Part shown: piece by piece, positions 1-13,384 of the stretch
Numbering within the stretch: position 1 is the first letter of the stretch
Layout of the letters: each line of letters begins with the position of its first letter
Assembly: GCF_009914755.1 (NCBI RefSeq)
Contig: NC_060929.1
DNA: 64,000 nucleotides
Source of the DNA: the human T2T-CHM13v2.0 reference genome, Homo sapiens
Strand: one strand, 5' to 3'
The notes under the pieces: generated by a model
Told to the model about the DNA's origin: nothing
The model's database searches: none
Seen by the model: the letters and a program-made list of their open reading frames with translations, nothing else
Made by a program: the position numbers and the translations under genes

Positions 1-1199
1 GAACTTGCTATGTATGAATACCACTCCATCTGTATCCTCTGTCTTTGTAACTGAGGGAAATCCTTAATTTTCCACAGTCCTCTAGGGTGCAGCAATATAG
101 AACTTCACAGCAGGTGAGTAAAAAATAAAATATGCAGAGGAAACTAGCGATGAGCATACCCTGCAAAAGAAAGCTGCTGATCATACCCTGAGGCGCCCCT
201 GAGTCCACAGAAGCTTCTGTGAGCCTGGCAGGCTCTGGAGACTTGGGCTATGAAGGTCTGCTCCAAAGGCACTCGTTTTTTTGGAATCACTTGCTTCATT
301 CTTAAGATCAAAATGTGCAGGCTGCATGTATTGCAGTCTTCCTGATAACACATTCATAGCAGTCCTAATCATGAATATGGAGTAGAGTGGAACTTCATAT
401 ATAGAGCTTTGTATTACCTAGACAAAAAGTAGCATATCCCTGTGAGGGTGCACCTTGGGTCCTCCTGAAAAGCACAAGGCAGAGGTATCGTATATGAGAA
501 CACAGGAACTTTATAGCTTTTTAAGGCATCCAGTGCTTACTTTGCAAGTTCCTGGCCTCAATTTTACTTTCTATCTTAAAACGTATTGCTGTTGGTTCTC
601 TTCATGTCCTAAGGTTTAGAGGAGTAAGGACACTTAGTAACCTTGCAGCACCTTACCCGTTGTTTATGTTCCATAAATATTGATTGTGTGAGTGCATGAT
701 CAAATAGGCTGGGTACTACAGTTGATTTAAACAAAGACTCCTCTTGCTTTTATCATAAGTACCATCCCAATCACTTCCCATATGGAAATTGCACATTTAG
801 ACTAATTCTGGTCACATGCAATGCTTATGTCCTTATTCTTATTTGATTTGCAAGTGAATTTAATTAAACAGATCATTTGTTTGAAGATTAATTCTGTAAA
901 ACATAGTCTTTGTAAATATATTCAAGACCTTCTTTTCTCCCCTTGAACATGGTAGCTTTAGTTACTTAGATAACACCTTTCCCCCAAAAGCAGTTAACTA
1001 GGGTTGGTTATCTGTTGGTCTAGTGCTATTTCTTCCTATTCTGTGAGCCACCATAGCCATGAAGCATGAGGACACATTTATATGCTAGGTTAAGGAGATG
1101 GCAAATTTAATATTCTCTTCTTATTGTAATGAGGGATGTATTATGATATGAGTAATGTACTTACTGAGAAGTTCAAGGGATTCATTGTGATCTAAGTGC

Positions 1200-1375
1200 A
1201 AACAATAACCATGGCCTACTACAGGGTTTCCGGCATGCTGGGCACTTTTCTTAGCCCTCTGCATATATTAACCCATTCACTCCTCACAGGAGGCCTGGGA
1301 GGCATGGAGAGGGTGACTGATTCCTTCAAGGCCACCCAGCTGGCGGGTATTAAAACTGGAAGCCCATCCTGTGTG
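1200..1375 (-). mobile_element. MIR SINE fragment (degenerate)
   Basis: MIR-core-like AAGGCCACCCAGCTGG with upstream GAGAGGGTGACTGA; highly diverged. Confidence 0.4.
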
Positions 1376-3016
1376 CCATGTCCCTGCCTGTGATCTTCAT
1401 AGTTGCATCAGCCTACTTCTGCAAACTCAAATCGCTCTCTGCTCATAGTTATTGTTTCTCTAGATTATGAACTAGTTTTTCCTGCACCTGAAATGCTCAT
1501 CCTGCCACCCTGCCTGCTAAGGGCCTTGGGCTTTGAGGAAAGGTACATTATAAATCACTTGGGTCCCGGGCACCGCCACTACCTAACAGAGCTCAAATAA
1601 AGCATAGCGAATGTCACCCCAAAGCAAGCGGAAGGTTTTGTTCTGTTCTTGAGGATTCACAAAAATAACAGCCTAATGGTATACAAGACTATTACCAAGA
1701 GATAATGAAAAAGCATCATCGGAGACAACAGATCGTGGTGAATTCAAGAACACACATCATTACATAAAGGTTTCTCTAAGGTTTATGCAAATTGCCTAGC
1801 AGTCATGCACATGTAACAGTCATCACTTTATTTATCACTTAACAAATAGAAATGCTGAAGCAGGTGGATGTGAACTTGCTCATCTCCAGGCCACTCAGAG
1901 CCTGGAATAAACGCACATGGGCTGTAAAGCCCTCATGCCGGTGGCCCAGCTCACATGCTGGACTAGAAGGAAAAGTTTCTCCTTTCTCCTTGCTGGGCTC
2001 CTTCAGGGTCAGTCTTTTTACTTTCAGAAGTTAATTGCAAATTCAGTTGATATTATTCAAGAGCCTTTCAAAGCACACATAAATGAAACGCTGGGCAACT
2101 CATTAAGACATTTATCAGAAGTGCTTTCAGTTTCTTTTCAAAGCTAGAGAAATGAATGCAGAATTGAGTAGTTCTCATTAGACTTATCTTTCTTATATGC
2201 TGAAATAACCGCAGAACTTACAGACACCCTTGGTTATAATAATTTTTATGGCCTCCATTTTAATATCAATAGGGAAGAAATGAAGCCTCGGTAAACACTA
2301 TTTTGAGCCGCTTATTTTCTCCAACATCAGTTTGCTTCACAAGATTTGGAAACAGACTGTGGCAATCCCAAAGTTCAAAAAACAAAGTCATGCTCACACA
2401 ATTGTAGTTTGAGCTACAAATAAAATTGATTGTAGGCCAGTGGCTGCCTTAGCACAGAGTCCAGGGGGCATGTGTCTATATAACAATGTAGACCAGTATC
2501 TGCCAAATGTGTTCACAGACCCAAGTCTTTGAGGACACCTCTACAGGCAAAGAGCCTGTGTCCAGATGGTTCTGGGGGATGGCCATATGCTGTCTGCTCC
2601 CCTAAGAAACCGCATTGCCAAATGACGATTAACAGCCCTTAGAATCCCAGAGCACTGAGTCCTGAGCAATCCAGCTTTTCCCAAATAAATGTATTTGACC
2701 ATGGGAACTTTTTCCATTTAACATCTAATAGTATCCCTAGTTCTCAGAAACCTGCTTTGAGAAAGCTCACTTAGCTTTTTTCCAAATGAAAGAAAAAGTA
2801 TATCTAGCCTTATGTTCATAATAATGAGCAAAATGTACTTTGCAAGAAGGATTTTTCTCTTGGAGCAAGGGAAACGGCTACACAGATGTTTATCAGGGAG
2901 GAAGAACTTGGGTTCAGCAAGGAATTGCACCAAGATGGGTCAGCACATTCTGAAGGCAGCTGTCAAATACTCATGTGCGAAGATGCCTTCCCATCAACGT
3001 TGAGAAAGGGACACTG

Positions 3017-3330
3017 CGCTGGGCGCAGTGGCTTAAGCCTGTAATCCCAACACTAGGAGGCCAAGGCAGAAGGATCACTTGAGCTCAGGAGTTCAAGACC
3101 AGCTCGGCAACATGATGAGATCTTGTCTCTACAAAAATTAAAAAAAATTAAAAAAATTAGCCAGGCATGGTGATGCACATCTGCAGTCCCAGCTACTTGG
3201 GTGGCCAAGGTGGGAGGATCGCTTGAGCCCAGGAGTTTGAAGCTCCAGTGAGATACGATCGAGCCACTGGACTCCAACCAGGGTGACAGAGCTAAGAACC
3301 TGTCTCTAAAAAGAGAAAGAGAGAGAGAGA
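3017..3330 (+). mobile_element. AluJ, full length
   Basis: Dimeric Alu with J-type GGAGGATCGCTTGAGCCCAGGAG; tail decayed to (GA)n; TSD-like GAGAAAGGGACACT / GAGAAAGGGATGCT. Confidence 0.92.
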
Positions 3331-4732
3331 GAAAGGGATGCTATTCTTATGAGTAACAGACTCATAGGACACTCCCAAACTCTGTTTCTTCTTACTAAGT
3401 GTGTTTGTAGAAATAAGCCCCACTTTGTAGATGTCAACTTCGCAACAGCCAGGAGTCTTGGTGTCATGAGATGGCATGGGATAGAGGGGCCAGTTCCTTC
3501 TAGGTGAGATACTAAATGTGTCAGGTTATGGGACCTCAGATTCCTCAGTGGCAAAACAAACAAACAAAGAAAAAACAGAATTAGTAACTGTATGGTTGTC
3601 CACATGTTCTGGGATTTTCCCAGTCAAATTGCAAAGTAGCATTTGGAACTTTCCAAATATCATAGTGTTTTGGCCTGGGGGGGAGGTATTAAAATGGCTA
3701 AGAAAATAGCAAGTGTTCATTATAGTTTATTTCAAGTCTGTCTTGACCAGTTTCAAGTGACTTATTTGTAAAATGCATTTTAAAATAATTCTAAGTAGAT
3801 TATATTGCCAATTCATCACTTAATAGATACCTACATTTGTGAGATTCTTTTCAATCTGTGTCTATCATTGGCATAGTGTTTTCTTAGAGACAATCATGAT
3901 GTAAATATAATTTGTTCTCCACTTTTTGGATAACAGTTTAGATAAATTTTTGTATGTGTCTAAATCACTTATTGCTTACCATTTTATTGCTGCAGGCTTT
4001 GATTTTTTAAAGGTTTACTACTGTATTATCTTTGAATTGAGGGGCAGTAGTTCTTGATGCTTATGTATTTTGAATTAGCTCCCAAGAACAAGTAGAATTA
4101 GTTTAAAAGACTTCTCTCTGGTTTCTGTTGATCCAAGCACAATAAACTTATCTGCAATGGATTTTAGCATTTGCTTATTTTTTTTCCCTAAAATGATAAG
4201 TTAAAACTGATACTTCAGGAATTTGTGTCCTTTTTCCTTTAATTACCAATGAAGCTGACATTTTCTTCAAGGGCTGTGTTCTTCTTTGTAGTTCTTTTTG
4301 TGTAAACTTTGATCTTCTGGCCTTCTTTCTAGCTGTATAGCTTCCTTTGTTTGTGTGAAGTATAAATTTTTTCTCAATTTTTCAGCCATGAAGTAATGGA
4401 CTGGGTGTGAGTCTAAGTTAATATGGTTGTGTTGAGTTTAGCTTTATTTAAGCAGTTTGGAAATTCAAACTCTACCAGTCATATTTATTTCTGATGTTTC
4501 CCAATTCCTGTTTGGTCTTGGTTTTCTTGGGCTTCACTGTATAGAAGTACATAACATTTATATAATTGCCTCATTTCCGTATTTATTCAACACACATTTT
4601 CTTATTTGGTCAGCATCTATGAAAGAATTCAGTATGTTAGATCACAGAAACACAAGAAAAATCTAACCTACACTGAATTATCAAAAAGCAATGGATGTAC
4701 AAAGCTGAGATGCAACAAAGTGCTCTGTCGTC

Positions 4733-4740
<8 letters not shown>

Positions 4741-4770
<30 letters not shown>
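4741..4770. repeat. (CT)15 microsatellite
   Basis: Read directly from sequence. Confidence 0.95.
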
Positions 4771-4773
<3 letters not shown>

Positions 4774-7700
4774 AGATGTCTTCTGTCTTTAACTGCCTTC
4801 TTGTTGTGTGCTCACCTTTTTCATTAGAGCTGGTTCTATCCATTTAAGAGAAAACAACATTCTGGGTTTTGTTTTTAATAGTTTGTGATCTGATTTTTAG
4901 AAATATTTCACTTTTTGTTCATTTGGCACTCAATGTAGTATGGAATGAGAGCTCAAAATCAAACTACAGCTTTCCTTTTATTCACACACATTTCTCCAGC
5001 AGCATTTATTTCATAGCCAGTTCATGTCCACGTGGTCCTGGCAGTCCTAATTGATATTATATTAACTGATTTAAATATCTTGGGCTCTAATCTTTGGCAC
5101 TCCAGCCTTTCAGTCTTGATACGGTTTAATCAGATGCATACCTCTTAATTAATCCTTAGTAAGATATATTTAAAAGAAAGTTGAAGAAGCATATGGTATT
5201 ATCCTTAATGATGGTAAAATAATTAGCTGTTTGACAGCCCTTTTTTTTTTAAAGTTATTTCTCTTGGGTCATGGAAATTTTGTTGTATGAGTGCTTTGTC
5301 TCACTTCCAGAGGTGTTCCATAGTTTAATGGTGGAATTTCTCACTGGGAGTGAAAACAGAGTCCAAGATGGGAGGTGTTGATGCATGACCATAGTGTTGG
5401 CTTCTAATAAAGGCAATGGTTTCACACCAGATAGGCTGTTTGCTGCTGCTGCTACCAGAACTGGAATTTTCCCCTTCTTGGAGATAAAATACGGCACTTT
5501 AGAATTTTCTAGTTAAATCAAAAATTCACCACCTCTCCTCACAGCACAGTGCATAACCAAGGTGAAATTTTATTTCATTCTATTCAACTGACAACTGTTC
5601 TAGAAAATGTCTTATTCTTTGTAGCCGCGTAGCTTTCCTTGCATGTGAAGTACATTTTTTTTCCTCAGTTTGTCAGCCATGATGACATGGAGCTGCATGA
5701 GTCTAAGTGAACATCTGTAGACTTCCCATCTTTTCCAATTAAACTGGGCAGTAAAACCTGCAGTGTCTGTACATGGGCTGTTTGTCAAATAGACTAACAA
5801 CTATGGTAGACTGCAATGTGCTACTGAAACAGAAGCTATTTTGCATTAAGAGGTTTATTCTACTTAGTAGCTATAGATGAAGAGCTCATCATGCAGGATC
5901 CATATGGCCTCATGGAGGGATAGAGATGGAAATGAGCAACCCAGTTCAGTGTAGGGCATGATGTGAGCAAGGCACTACGGACACCAAAGAAAGAACTTTT
6001 CAACACCTAAGCAACACCTAAGGCAGGTGGGGATGGTTCCAAAGCAGAGGATACCGCAGGACAGAATCTGGATAACAGAGAGATCTAAGAATGCAGGTGT
6101 GTTCAGGAATCTCACACCTGCTAAGGGTGGGTTGACCTGGCTGTTGGATGTGGATGAGTGCTTGAGGCTTGAAAAAGACTTGGGCCAAATCATGAAAAAC
6201 ACACATAGTTCATCCAAAATAATTTGGCCTTCATTATGGGCACTAAAGAGATAATTAATTGCTTTAAACAATGTAAGGATATGATCCAGGATTGCTGAGG
6301 AACATGCCTATTCACCTGTCATCGACACACTCCACAGCTGCTGCCCTAGAGGTTTATTTAGGGTTCTTCAGTTACCAGGGTACTCCAGATAGTTAGCTCC
6401 CTAATTTCCCTCCAACCCTAGGTCACCAAGCCAGTTGGAATATACAAGACTTTTTCATATTCCATTTGCCTAACTTCTTGCCTAATCATTCCTCTGAACT
6501 GTGGCCTCAGTATGACTCTGACTTCCTGAGCTCCAAGCCCATAGTTGAAATGGTGAACTGCTCAGGCTTAAGAGAGACAGAAAGATTGGTTTTCTGCCTT
6601 TGGAGAAGGAAAGAAGACTGATGTAATTGACCCAACTGGGGTTACTGAGCATTGAATCTCAACTTAATTTAGCTGTGCTGTTTCAGTCTTCTACTCACAC
6701 GTGTATGGGAAAGTTCATTGTGGTTTGAAAATGAATTTTCAATGGATAAACATTAATTAATTATTAAACCATTAATAATCTTGAAAGTGCAAGGGACCTT
6801 ACATATCTTTTAAACCAGTATCATTGATTTTCTAAAAGGAAACTGATTGACTGAATGACTAGATTAAGGTCACACAATCACTATAAGTGTAACCCTATGA
6901 CTTCTGCTTGAAAATTTCACTTAAGCTTTTCCCTGAATGATTAAATTTCCAATCAGATCATAATTGGGATTTGTTGAGGGGCTGTGACTACAAATTCTGA
7001 CAGTCACATATTTCTAGGGGCAAAATGAAAACATAGAAAATCTTAGATCAAGCCACTGGTTGGTGCCTTGACTTTTGGACCAGAACAGCTGAACTGTGTG
7101 TTAAATATCATCATGAGAAACTTAAATGGACCAACTAAAATATTTTAACATCCTATAATTTTGTTGTAATAAATGCAGTTTAAAAACCTTTTTTTCTTCA
7201 ACATTTCATGTAACCACTGAAATTTAAACTTCTGTAAGTCTAGGCAACATTGAGCAGGTATTCCCTCTTAATTCAGTATGACGTGAGAAAGTGAAGCAGT
7301 GTTTTGTCGCCTCTGGACATGGGTAGGAGTGACTAAAAGTGGACCAGAAATGAGGATGAGATGAAGAAAAAATGCAGAAAAAAAGAAGATAATACATAGC
7401 TATGTAAGCTAAGGAGGAGTCAAGGGACAAAAAAAAAAAAAAAAATGCTTGTGTTTGGGAGTAAAAAACAGCCACAAAGAGATGTCTAAATATATTTGAA
7501 CTCCACACTACAGAATTTCACACTCCCTTCAAGAATGTGGCTTCTAGAAACTTTCTTTCAAGTCACAATAAATTTATCACAATTCAAATATTGTATTGGT
7601 TTAACTTAATTTCATGGGAGTAAAACTCTGATGCTATTTATTTGTGTTTAAAATTGTAACATAGAAGGGCACTGACATCTGTCCTTGGCTGTTGTCAATA

Positions 7701-7893
7701 TTCTTTCATTATGAAACCCTAGGCCTTCAGGTTTGCAAGGTTTAGAAACACTCTCCTTGTTAATGCATTGATTGTTGATTCTATCAGAAATAGGCTTTGC
7801 TGATATGTTATTAGAGACTTACTATAAAAATTGGAAGCAATAACTTACACTTTGGTAAATATATGCTATGGGAATTTTTTTTGGTATGGAATC

Positions 7894-8370
7894 TATTAGT
7901 CAGGGTTCTCTAGAGAAGCAGAGCCAATAGGTTCTCCAGATAAACAGAAGCAGTATATATTCTGGATATGTGTCAGAAGAGATTTATTATAAGAATTGGC
8001 GCAGGCAGTTATGGAGGCTGAGAAATTCCATGATCTATCATCTGCAAGCTGGAGATGCAAGAAAGCCAGTGGTCCAATTTGGTCCAAAGGCCTGGAAACT
8101 AGGAAGCCAAGGGTGTTAAGTCCTGTTTGTGTCCAAAAGCCTGAGAAGGAAGAGTTCTGATGTCAAACGACTGGAGAAGATGGACATTTCAGCTCAAGCG
8201 AAGGGAGAACGAATTTGCCCTTCCTCCACCTTTCTGTTCTGTTTGGACCCTCAGTGGATTTGATGATACCCACTCACATTGGTGAGGATCATCTTCATTA
8301 CTCAGCCTGCTAATTTCAGTGTGAATCTCTTCCAAAAACACATGCATGCACACACCCAGAATTAAAATTT
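7894..8370 (-). mobile_element. MLT2-family (ERVL) solo LTR
   Basis: TATTAGTCAGGGTTCTCTAGAGAAGCAGAGCCAATAGG...GATTTATTATAAGAATTGGC...CTGCAAGCTGGAGA matches the reverse complement of the MLT2 end. Confidence 0.85.
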
Positions 8371-8411
8371 TGTATAGTTTGTTCTTCTGTATTAAGGATT
8401 GTATTAATTAT

Positions 8412-10041
8412 TGCTATGGCCAGAATTGTGTCACCCCTCTCAAATTTTGTTTGTCCTTTACTTTTAAGTTCATGGGTATATGTACAAATTTGTTACATAG
8501 GTAAACGTGTGTCATGGGAGTTTGTTGTGCAAATTATTTTATCACCCAAGTGTTAAGCTTAGTACCTATTATTTTTCCTGATCCTCTCCCTCCTCCCAAC
8601 TCCCACCCTCCAATAGGCGCCAGTGTCTATTGTTCCCCTCTGTATATCCATGTGTTCTCATCATGTAGCTCCTACTTATAAGTGAGAACATGCAGTATTC
8701 AGTTTTCTGTTTTTGCATTAGTTTGCTAAGGATAATGGCCTCCAGCTTCATCCATGTCCCTGCAAAAGGACATGATCTTATTCTTGTTTATGGCTGCATA
8801 GTATTCCATGGTGTATATATACCACATTTTCTTTATCCAGTCTATCATTGACGGGCATTTAGTTTGATTCCATGTCTTTGCTCTTGTCAATAGTGCTGCA
8901 GTGAACATACACTTGCATGTGTCTTTATGATGGAACAATTTATATTCCTGTGGGTATATACCTAGTAATGGGATTGCTGGGTTAAATGGTATTTCTATCT
9001 TCAGGTATTTGTGGAATTGCCACACTGGTTGAACATCATCTTCCACAATGGTTGAACTAATTTACACTCCCGTCAACAGTGTATAAATGTTTCTTTTTCT
9101 CCACAAACTTGCCAGCATCTGTTACTCTTTTGACTTTTTAATAGTAGCCATTCTGAATTGTGTTAGATGATTTTTCATTGTGGTTTTCATTTGCATTTTT
9201 TTAATGATCAGTGATGTTGAGCTTTTTTTCATATGATCGTTGGCCACATGTATGTCTCTTTTGGGGGAGTGTCTGTTCATGTCCTTTGCCCACTTTTTAA
9301 TGTGTTTTCTTCTTGTAAATTTGTTTAAGTTCCTTATAGATGCTGGTTATTAGACCTTTGTCAGATGCATAGTTTGCAAAAATTTTCTCCCATTCTGTAG
9401 GTTGTCTGTTTACTCTGTTGGTGTGCAGAAGCTCTTTAGTTTACTTAGATCCCACTTGTCAATTTTTGCTTTCGTTGCAATTACTTTTGGCATCTTCATC
9501 ATGAAATCTTTGCCAGTGCCTATGTTCTGGATGGTATTGCCTAGGTTGTCTTCTAGGGTTTTTATAGTTTAGCGTTATACATTTAAGTCTTTATTCCATC
9601 TTGAGTTAATTTTGTATATGGTGTAAGGAAGGGGTCCAGTTTCAATCTTATGCATATGAGTAGCCAGTTATTCCCCACAAAGTTTATATGTAGAAGTCCT
9701 AACCCCTAGTCCCCATAATAGGACTATATTTGGAGATTGAGTCTTTACAGAAGTAATTAAGGTTAAACAAGGTCTTTAGGGTGGGCTGTAATCTGATATA
9801 ACTGGCATCTTCATTTGAAGAGACAATTAGGACACAGACACACACAGAAGGAAGACCATGTGAAGACACCAGAAGAAGACGGCCATCTACAATCCAAGGA
9901 GAGAGGCCCTAGAAGAAACCAACTCTGCCTACACCATGATTGTGGACTTCTAGCCTTGAAAACTGTGAGAAAATAAATTTTTGTGATTTATTCTACCTAG
10001 TCTGTGGTACTTCGTTATGACACCACTAGCAAATCAATGCA
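8412..10041 (+). mobile_element. MLT1B-like MaLR LTR, split by an L1 insertion (pieces about 8412-8445 and 9673-10041)
   Basis: Start TGCTATGGCCAGAATTGTGTCACCCC; resumes with TATATGTAGAAGTCCTAACCCC...GAAGACCATGTGAAGACAC...ACTGTGAGAAAATAAATT. Confidence 0.82.
8446..9672 (-). mobile_element. L1PA (L1PA13-like) 5'-truncated 3' end
   Basis: ORF2 C-terminal remnants (ORFs 8726-9046, 8569-8751) and a 3' UTR with GGTAAACGTGTGTCATGGG...TTTTCCTGATCCTCTCCCTCCTCCC. Confidence 0.88.
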
Positions 10042-10387
10042 ATAAGGTTTAATATAAGTTTTGCCCTTATTTGAAGTGAAGCTTGTTTTCTTTAAAATTC
10101 ACCTTTTGAAATTAGTGATATAACAAAGCACATGGTAAACATGCAAATTGATGTTCACATGAAGTGTGAGCGAAGGATTGAAGGTGTTTTCCGTGGAGGG
10201 TGACTGGAGTGGGTGTCAGGGGTGTGTGCTCACATATTTCAGAGGCATGGATGCATGGTTCTAGAAAGATAGACACGGGGAAAAGATGTGTATGTGACTA
10301 CATGATTATTTATATACATTAAAATTATTCTAATCAACAATATAAGTTACATAAAAAACTGGGAAAACATTTGCAGCCTCTGGGATA

Positions 10388-11226
10388 CAGGGTTGATTTT
10401 CTTTTTTTTTTTTTTTTTTTTTTTTTGAGAAAAAAAGCTGCAGGCTTTATTGAGCAGAGTGACAGTACAAAGCTTCCACAGCGTGGAAGGGGTCCCGAGC
10501 GGGTAGCAAGAGTTAGATTGTGCAGTTGCCTTTTAAACTCTTTTTTTTGTTTGTTTTTGTTTTTGTTTTTGTTTTTATTTATTATACTTTAAGTTTTAGG
10601 GTACATGTGCACATTGTGCAGGTTAGATACATATGTATACATGTGCCATGCTGGTGCACTGCACCCACTAACTCGTCATCTAGCATTAGGTATATCTCCC
10701 AATGCTATCCCTCCCCCCTCCCCCCACCCCACAACAGTCCCCAGAGTGTGATATTCCCCTTCCTGTGTCCATGTGATCTCATTGTTCAATTCCCACCTAT
10801 GAGTGAGAATATGCGGTGTTTGGTTTTTTGTTCTTGCGATAGTTTACTGAGAATGATGATTTCCAATTTCATCCATGTCCCTACAAAGGACATGAACTCA
10901 TCATTTTTTATGGCTGCATAGTATTCCATGGTGTATATGTGCCACATTTTCTTAGTCCAGTCTATCATTGTTGGACATTTGGGTTGGTTCCAAGTCTTTG
11001 CTATTGTGAATAATGCCGCAGTAAACATACGTGTGCATGTGTCTTTATAGCAGCATGATTTATAGTCATTTGGGTATATACCCAGTAATGGGATGGCTGG
11101 GTCAAATGGTATTTCCAGTTCTAGATCCTTGAGGAATCGCCACACTGACTTCCACAATGGTTGAACTAGTTTACAGTCCCACCAACAGTGTAAAAGTGTT
11201 CCTATTTCTCCAGGGTTGATTTTCTT
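10388..11226 (-). mobile_element. 5'-truncated young L1 (L1PA2-like, non-Ta) with 3' transduction, 16-bp TSD
   Basis: TSD CAGGGTTGATTTTCTT at 10388-10403 and 11211-11226; T25 tail 10402-10426; non-L1 segment 10427-10540; second patterned tail 10541-10576; L1 3'UTR/ORF2 end 10577-11212; GAG (not ACA) diagnostic at 10672-10674. Confidence 0.95.
10427..10540 (-). mobile_element. Transduced ERV1-class LTR fragment (LTR12/LTR30-like TATA-R-polyA region)
   Basis: Minus strand reads TTTAAAAGG...CCCGCTCGGGACCCCTTCCACGCTGTGGAAGCTTTGT...CAATAAA, resembling the LTR12/HERV9-group R region as I recall it; AATAAA lies 19 nt before the polyA. Confidence 0.72.
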
Positions 11227-11851
11227 AATGGCTAAAGAAATGTTTCCAGAAGATTCCTACAACAAGGTAATGGGGCAAGAGAAAAAAAACAAACCCATGG
11301 CAATGGGCATGGAGTACCTGGCTCTGTCACACGTACATATAAATACCGTAGCTAACAGATGCAAATATCTTCTTTACAATGTTTAAATTAAAGCATCCTT
11401 AGGCAAAGTGGCAAAGCGTTCAAATCTATGTAATATCTAAAGTTGATGAGACCCATACAAGTGGATTCTCTCATATACTACCCCTGACCTTTAAATTAGA
11501 TCCCAGATGTAGAGGAGAATCTAGTGAAACATAGCAATGCTTTTCACATGGAGGACATCCTTTGAGTCACCAGGGAAGCCTGTAATCATGTATCCAAGAA
11601 GTTCCAATGAATGCATGCAAAAATTTAGTTTCTAAGAATGGTTATTGAATTAGAATGGCAAAGATTAGAAAGAATTAGGTGTCTGACACCAGGGAGTGGA
11701 TTAGACACATTTTTTTTTACACCCAAATAAAATAATATAAAGACAGTGAAGACCAACAATATGAGAAAATTCTTATAGTATTGTATGAAGAAAACAGGTT
11801 TTAAAATGATAGCAGTAGTACAATTCCATTTGTGTAAACAAAAGTGTCTGT

Positions 11852-12003
11852 GGCAGGGTGTGGAGACTCATGCCTGTAATCCCAGAACTTTGGGAGGCTG
11901 AGGCCGAAGGATCACTTGAGGCCAGGAATTTCAGACCAGCCTGAAAAACATAGCAAGATTGTGTCTCTCTATAAAAAAAAATTTTTAAATTAAAAAATAA
12001 AAA
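11852..12003 (+). mobile_element. FLAM / free left Alu monomer
   Basis: Single Alu left arm followed by an A-rich tail; flanks AAAAGTGTCTG / AAAAATGTCTG. Confidence 0.85.
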
Positions 12004-13384
12004 GGAGAAAAATGTCTGCATTTTAATATAATCTTTGGAAGGATGCACATTGAAATAAGATCAATTATTTTGGAGTGGTGACATTATTGGTGATTTTTTT
12101 TTCTTTTGGATTGTCTGTTTCCCGTGCATTAAAATAATGAAAAAAACACAAAACTGTTTTTTAAAAACCTCAATTTTAATTTATTTAAATGTAAGAAAGA
12201 TGTTCAAGAAACAGTAATGTATGATTGCTTAGGTTTCATAAAGATGATTTAGAATTTTGGAAGTGCAGTGCTTTTGCATTCATTTGCCAGCAGTTTATTC
12301 ATTCTTTCATTGGTTCATTTTTTATTGGTTCCTTTTTTGTTCTTGTTTTGTTGATTTAAGTGAAAATTATCTCTTATTTTAAATATTCTGAAGATTTAGG
12401 ACTTCCTCGGTCCTAAATATTCCACAGTCCTAGATCCTCTCTTGCTGTGCATACCTTTGATAAAGCCATTCATTTTATATTTACGCTTTTGGAAAACTGC
12501 AAACCTTACATATCCAATTATGGATCAGTTTTTTAAAGTAATTTAAACTGTATTTTTATATTCAAATATGTACCATCAACCAACCTTAACAAAATGTTCT
12601 AACACCAATGCTAAAAAAAACCCCTATAATTTAGTGTAAATAATCAAGCTTATGAGAAAACAAAATCTGCATCTTTAAAATGAATTACCTCTAACATAAT
12701 ATTGCTGTTTTTCAGTAATTAAGAAATATTAAGTCTGTCTGTGAATGCGTGTGTGTGTATGTCTGTGTATTTTTGGCAACTGGAGATACTTCTTTTCTAT
12801 TTTCTAAAGCAACAAGGAAGGATTATTTAGACTGAAATATTTTGAAATTGGTGCTCTGGCTGGGTATGATGTTCTGGGTTGCAGACTTCTCTACCAGAAA
12901 TCTGTGTGTTTGGGCATCCTCTGCCTTCCCTCCTCCCAGCCCCCATTGGAGCGGAGCCGAAAATGTTTTCTTTCTGGCTCACTGTGCTGCACACAGGCCC
13001 TCCCAGGAGGCGGGTGGCAGTAACAGAGCTGTCACAGGGCTGCCACAGATGGTTCTGTGCTAAATCTTCAGCCTCGGTTTATGACTCCTTGGGGGAGGGA
13101 CAGGGTTGGCTGGAAAGTGTATTCATGTACACTCCAGAGATGCTCCAGTAGGTGAACGGGCAGAGGCCCGTTAATTACAGATGGAAAATGCTTCCCATTC
13201 CTCTCTGTTGCATCTGTGTTTTTCCGGTTGGCATTTGGAATGGACAGGACAGTGACATGCTAGATGTTTTAGGTGAAACAGGCTTATACAAACTAAGGCA
13301 ACTTTTCATGATACCTTATGTAAAAGCTGGTATTATAATCCAAGAATTGCAAGGGCTCTTGGGTAAGTAATAACAACAGGCCCT

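Noticed and set aside
10520-10921. Near-identical ORFs at 10520-10921 and 40549-40998 suggesting a duplicated gene
   Set aside because: Both are antisense translations of the L1 3' end from two independent insertions with different TSDs and subfamily diagnostics.
12394-12420. Hairpin ATTTAGGAC-N7-GTCCTAAAT
   Set aside because: A 9-bp stem is expected by chance in 64 kb and there is no ncRNA context.
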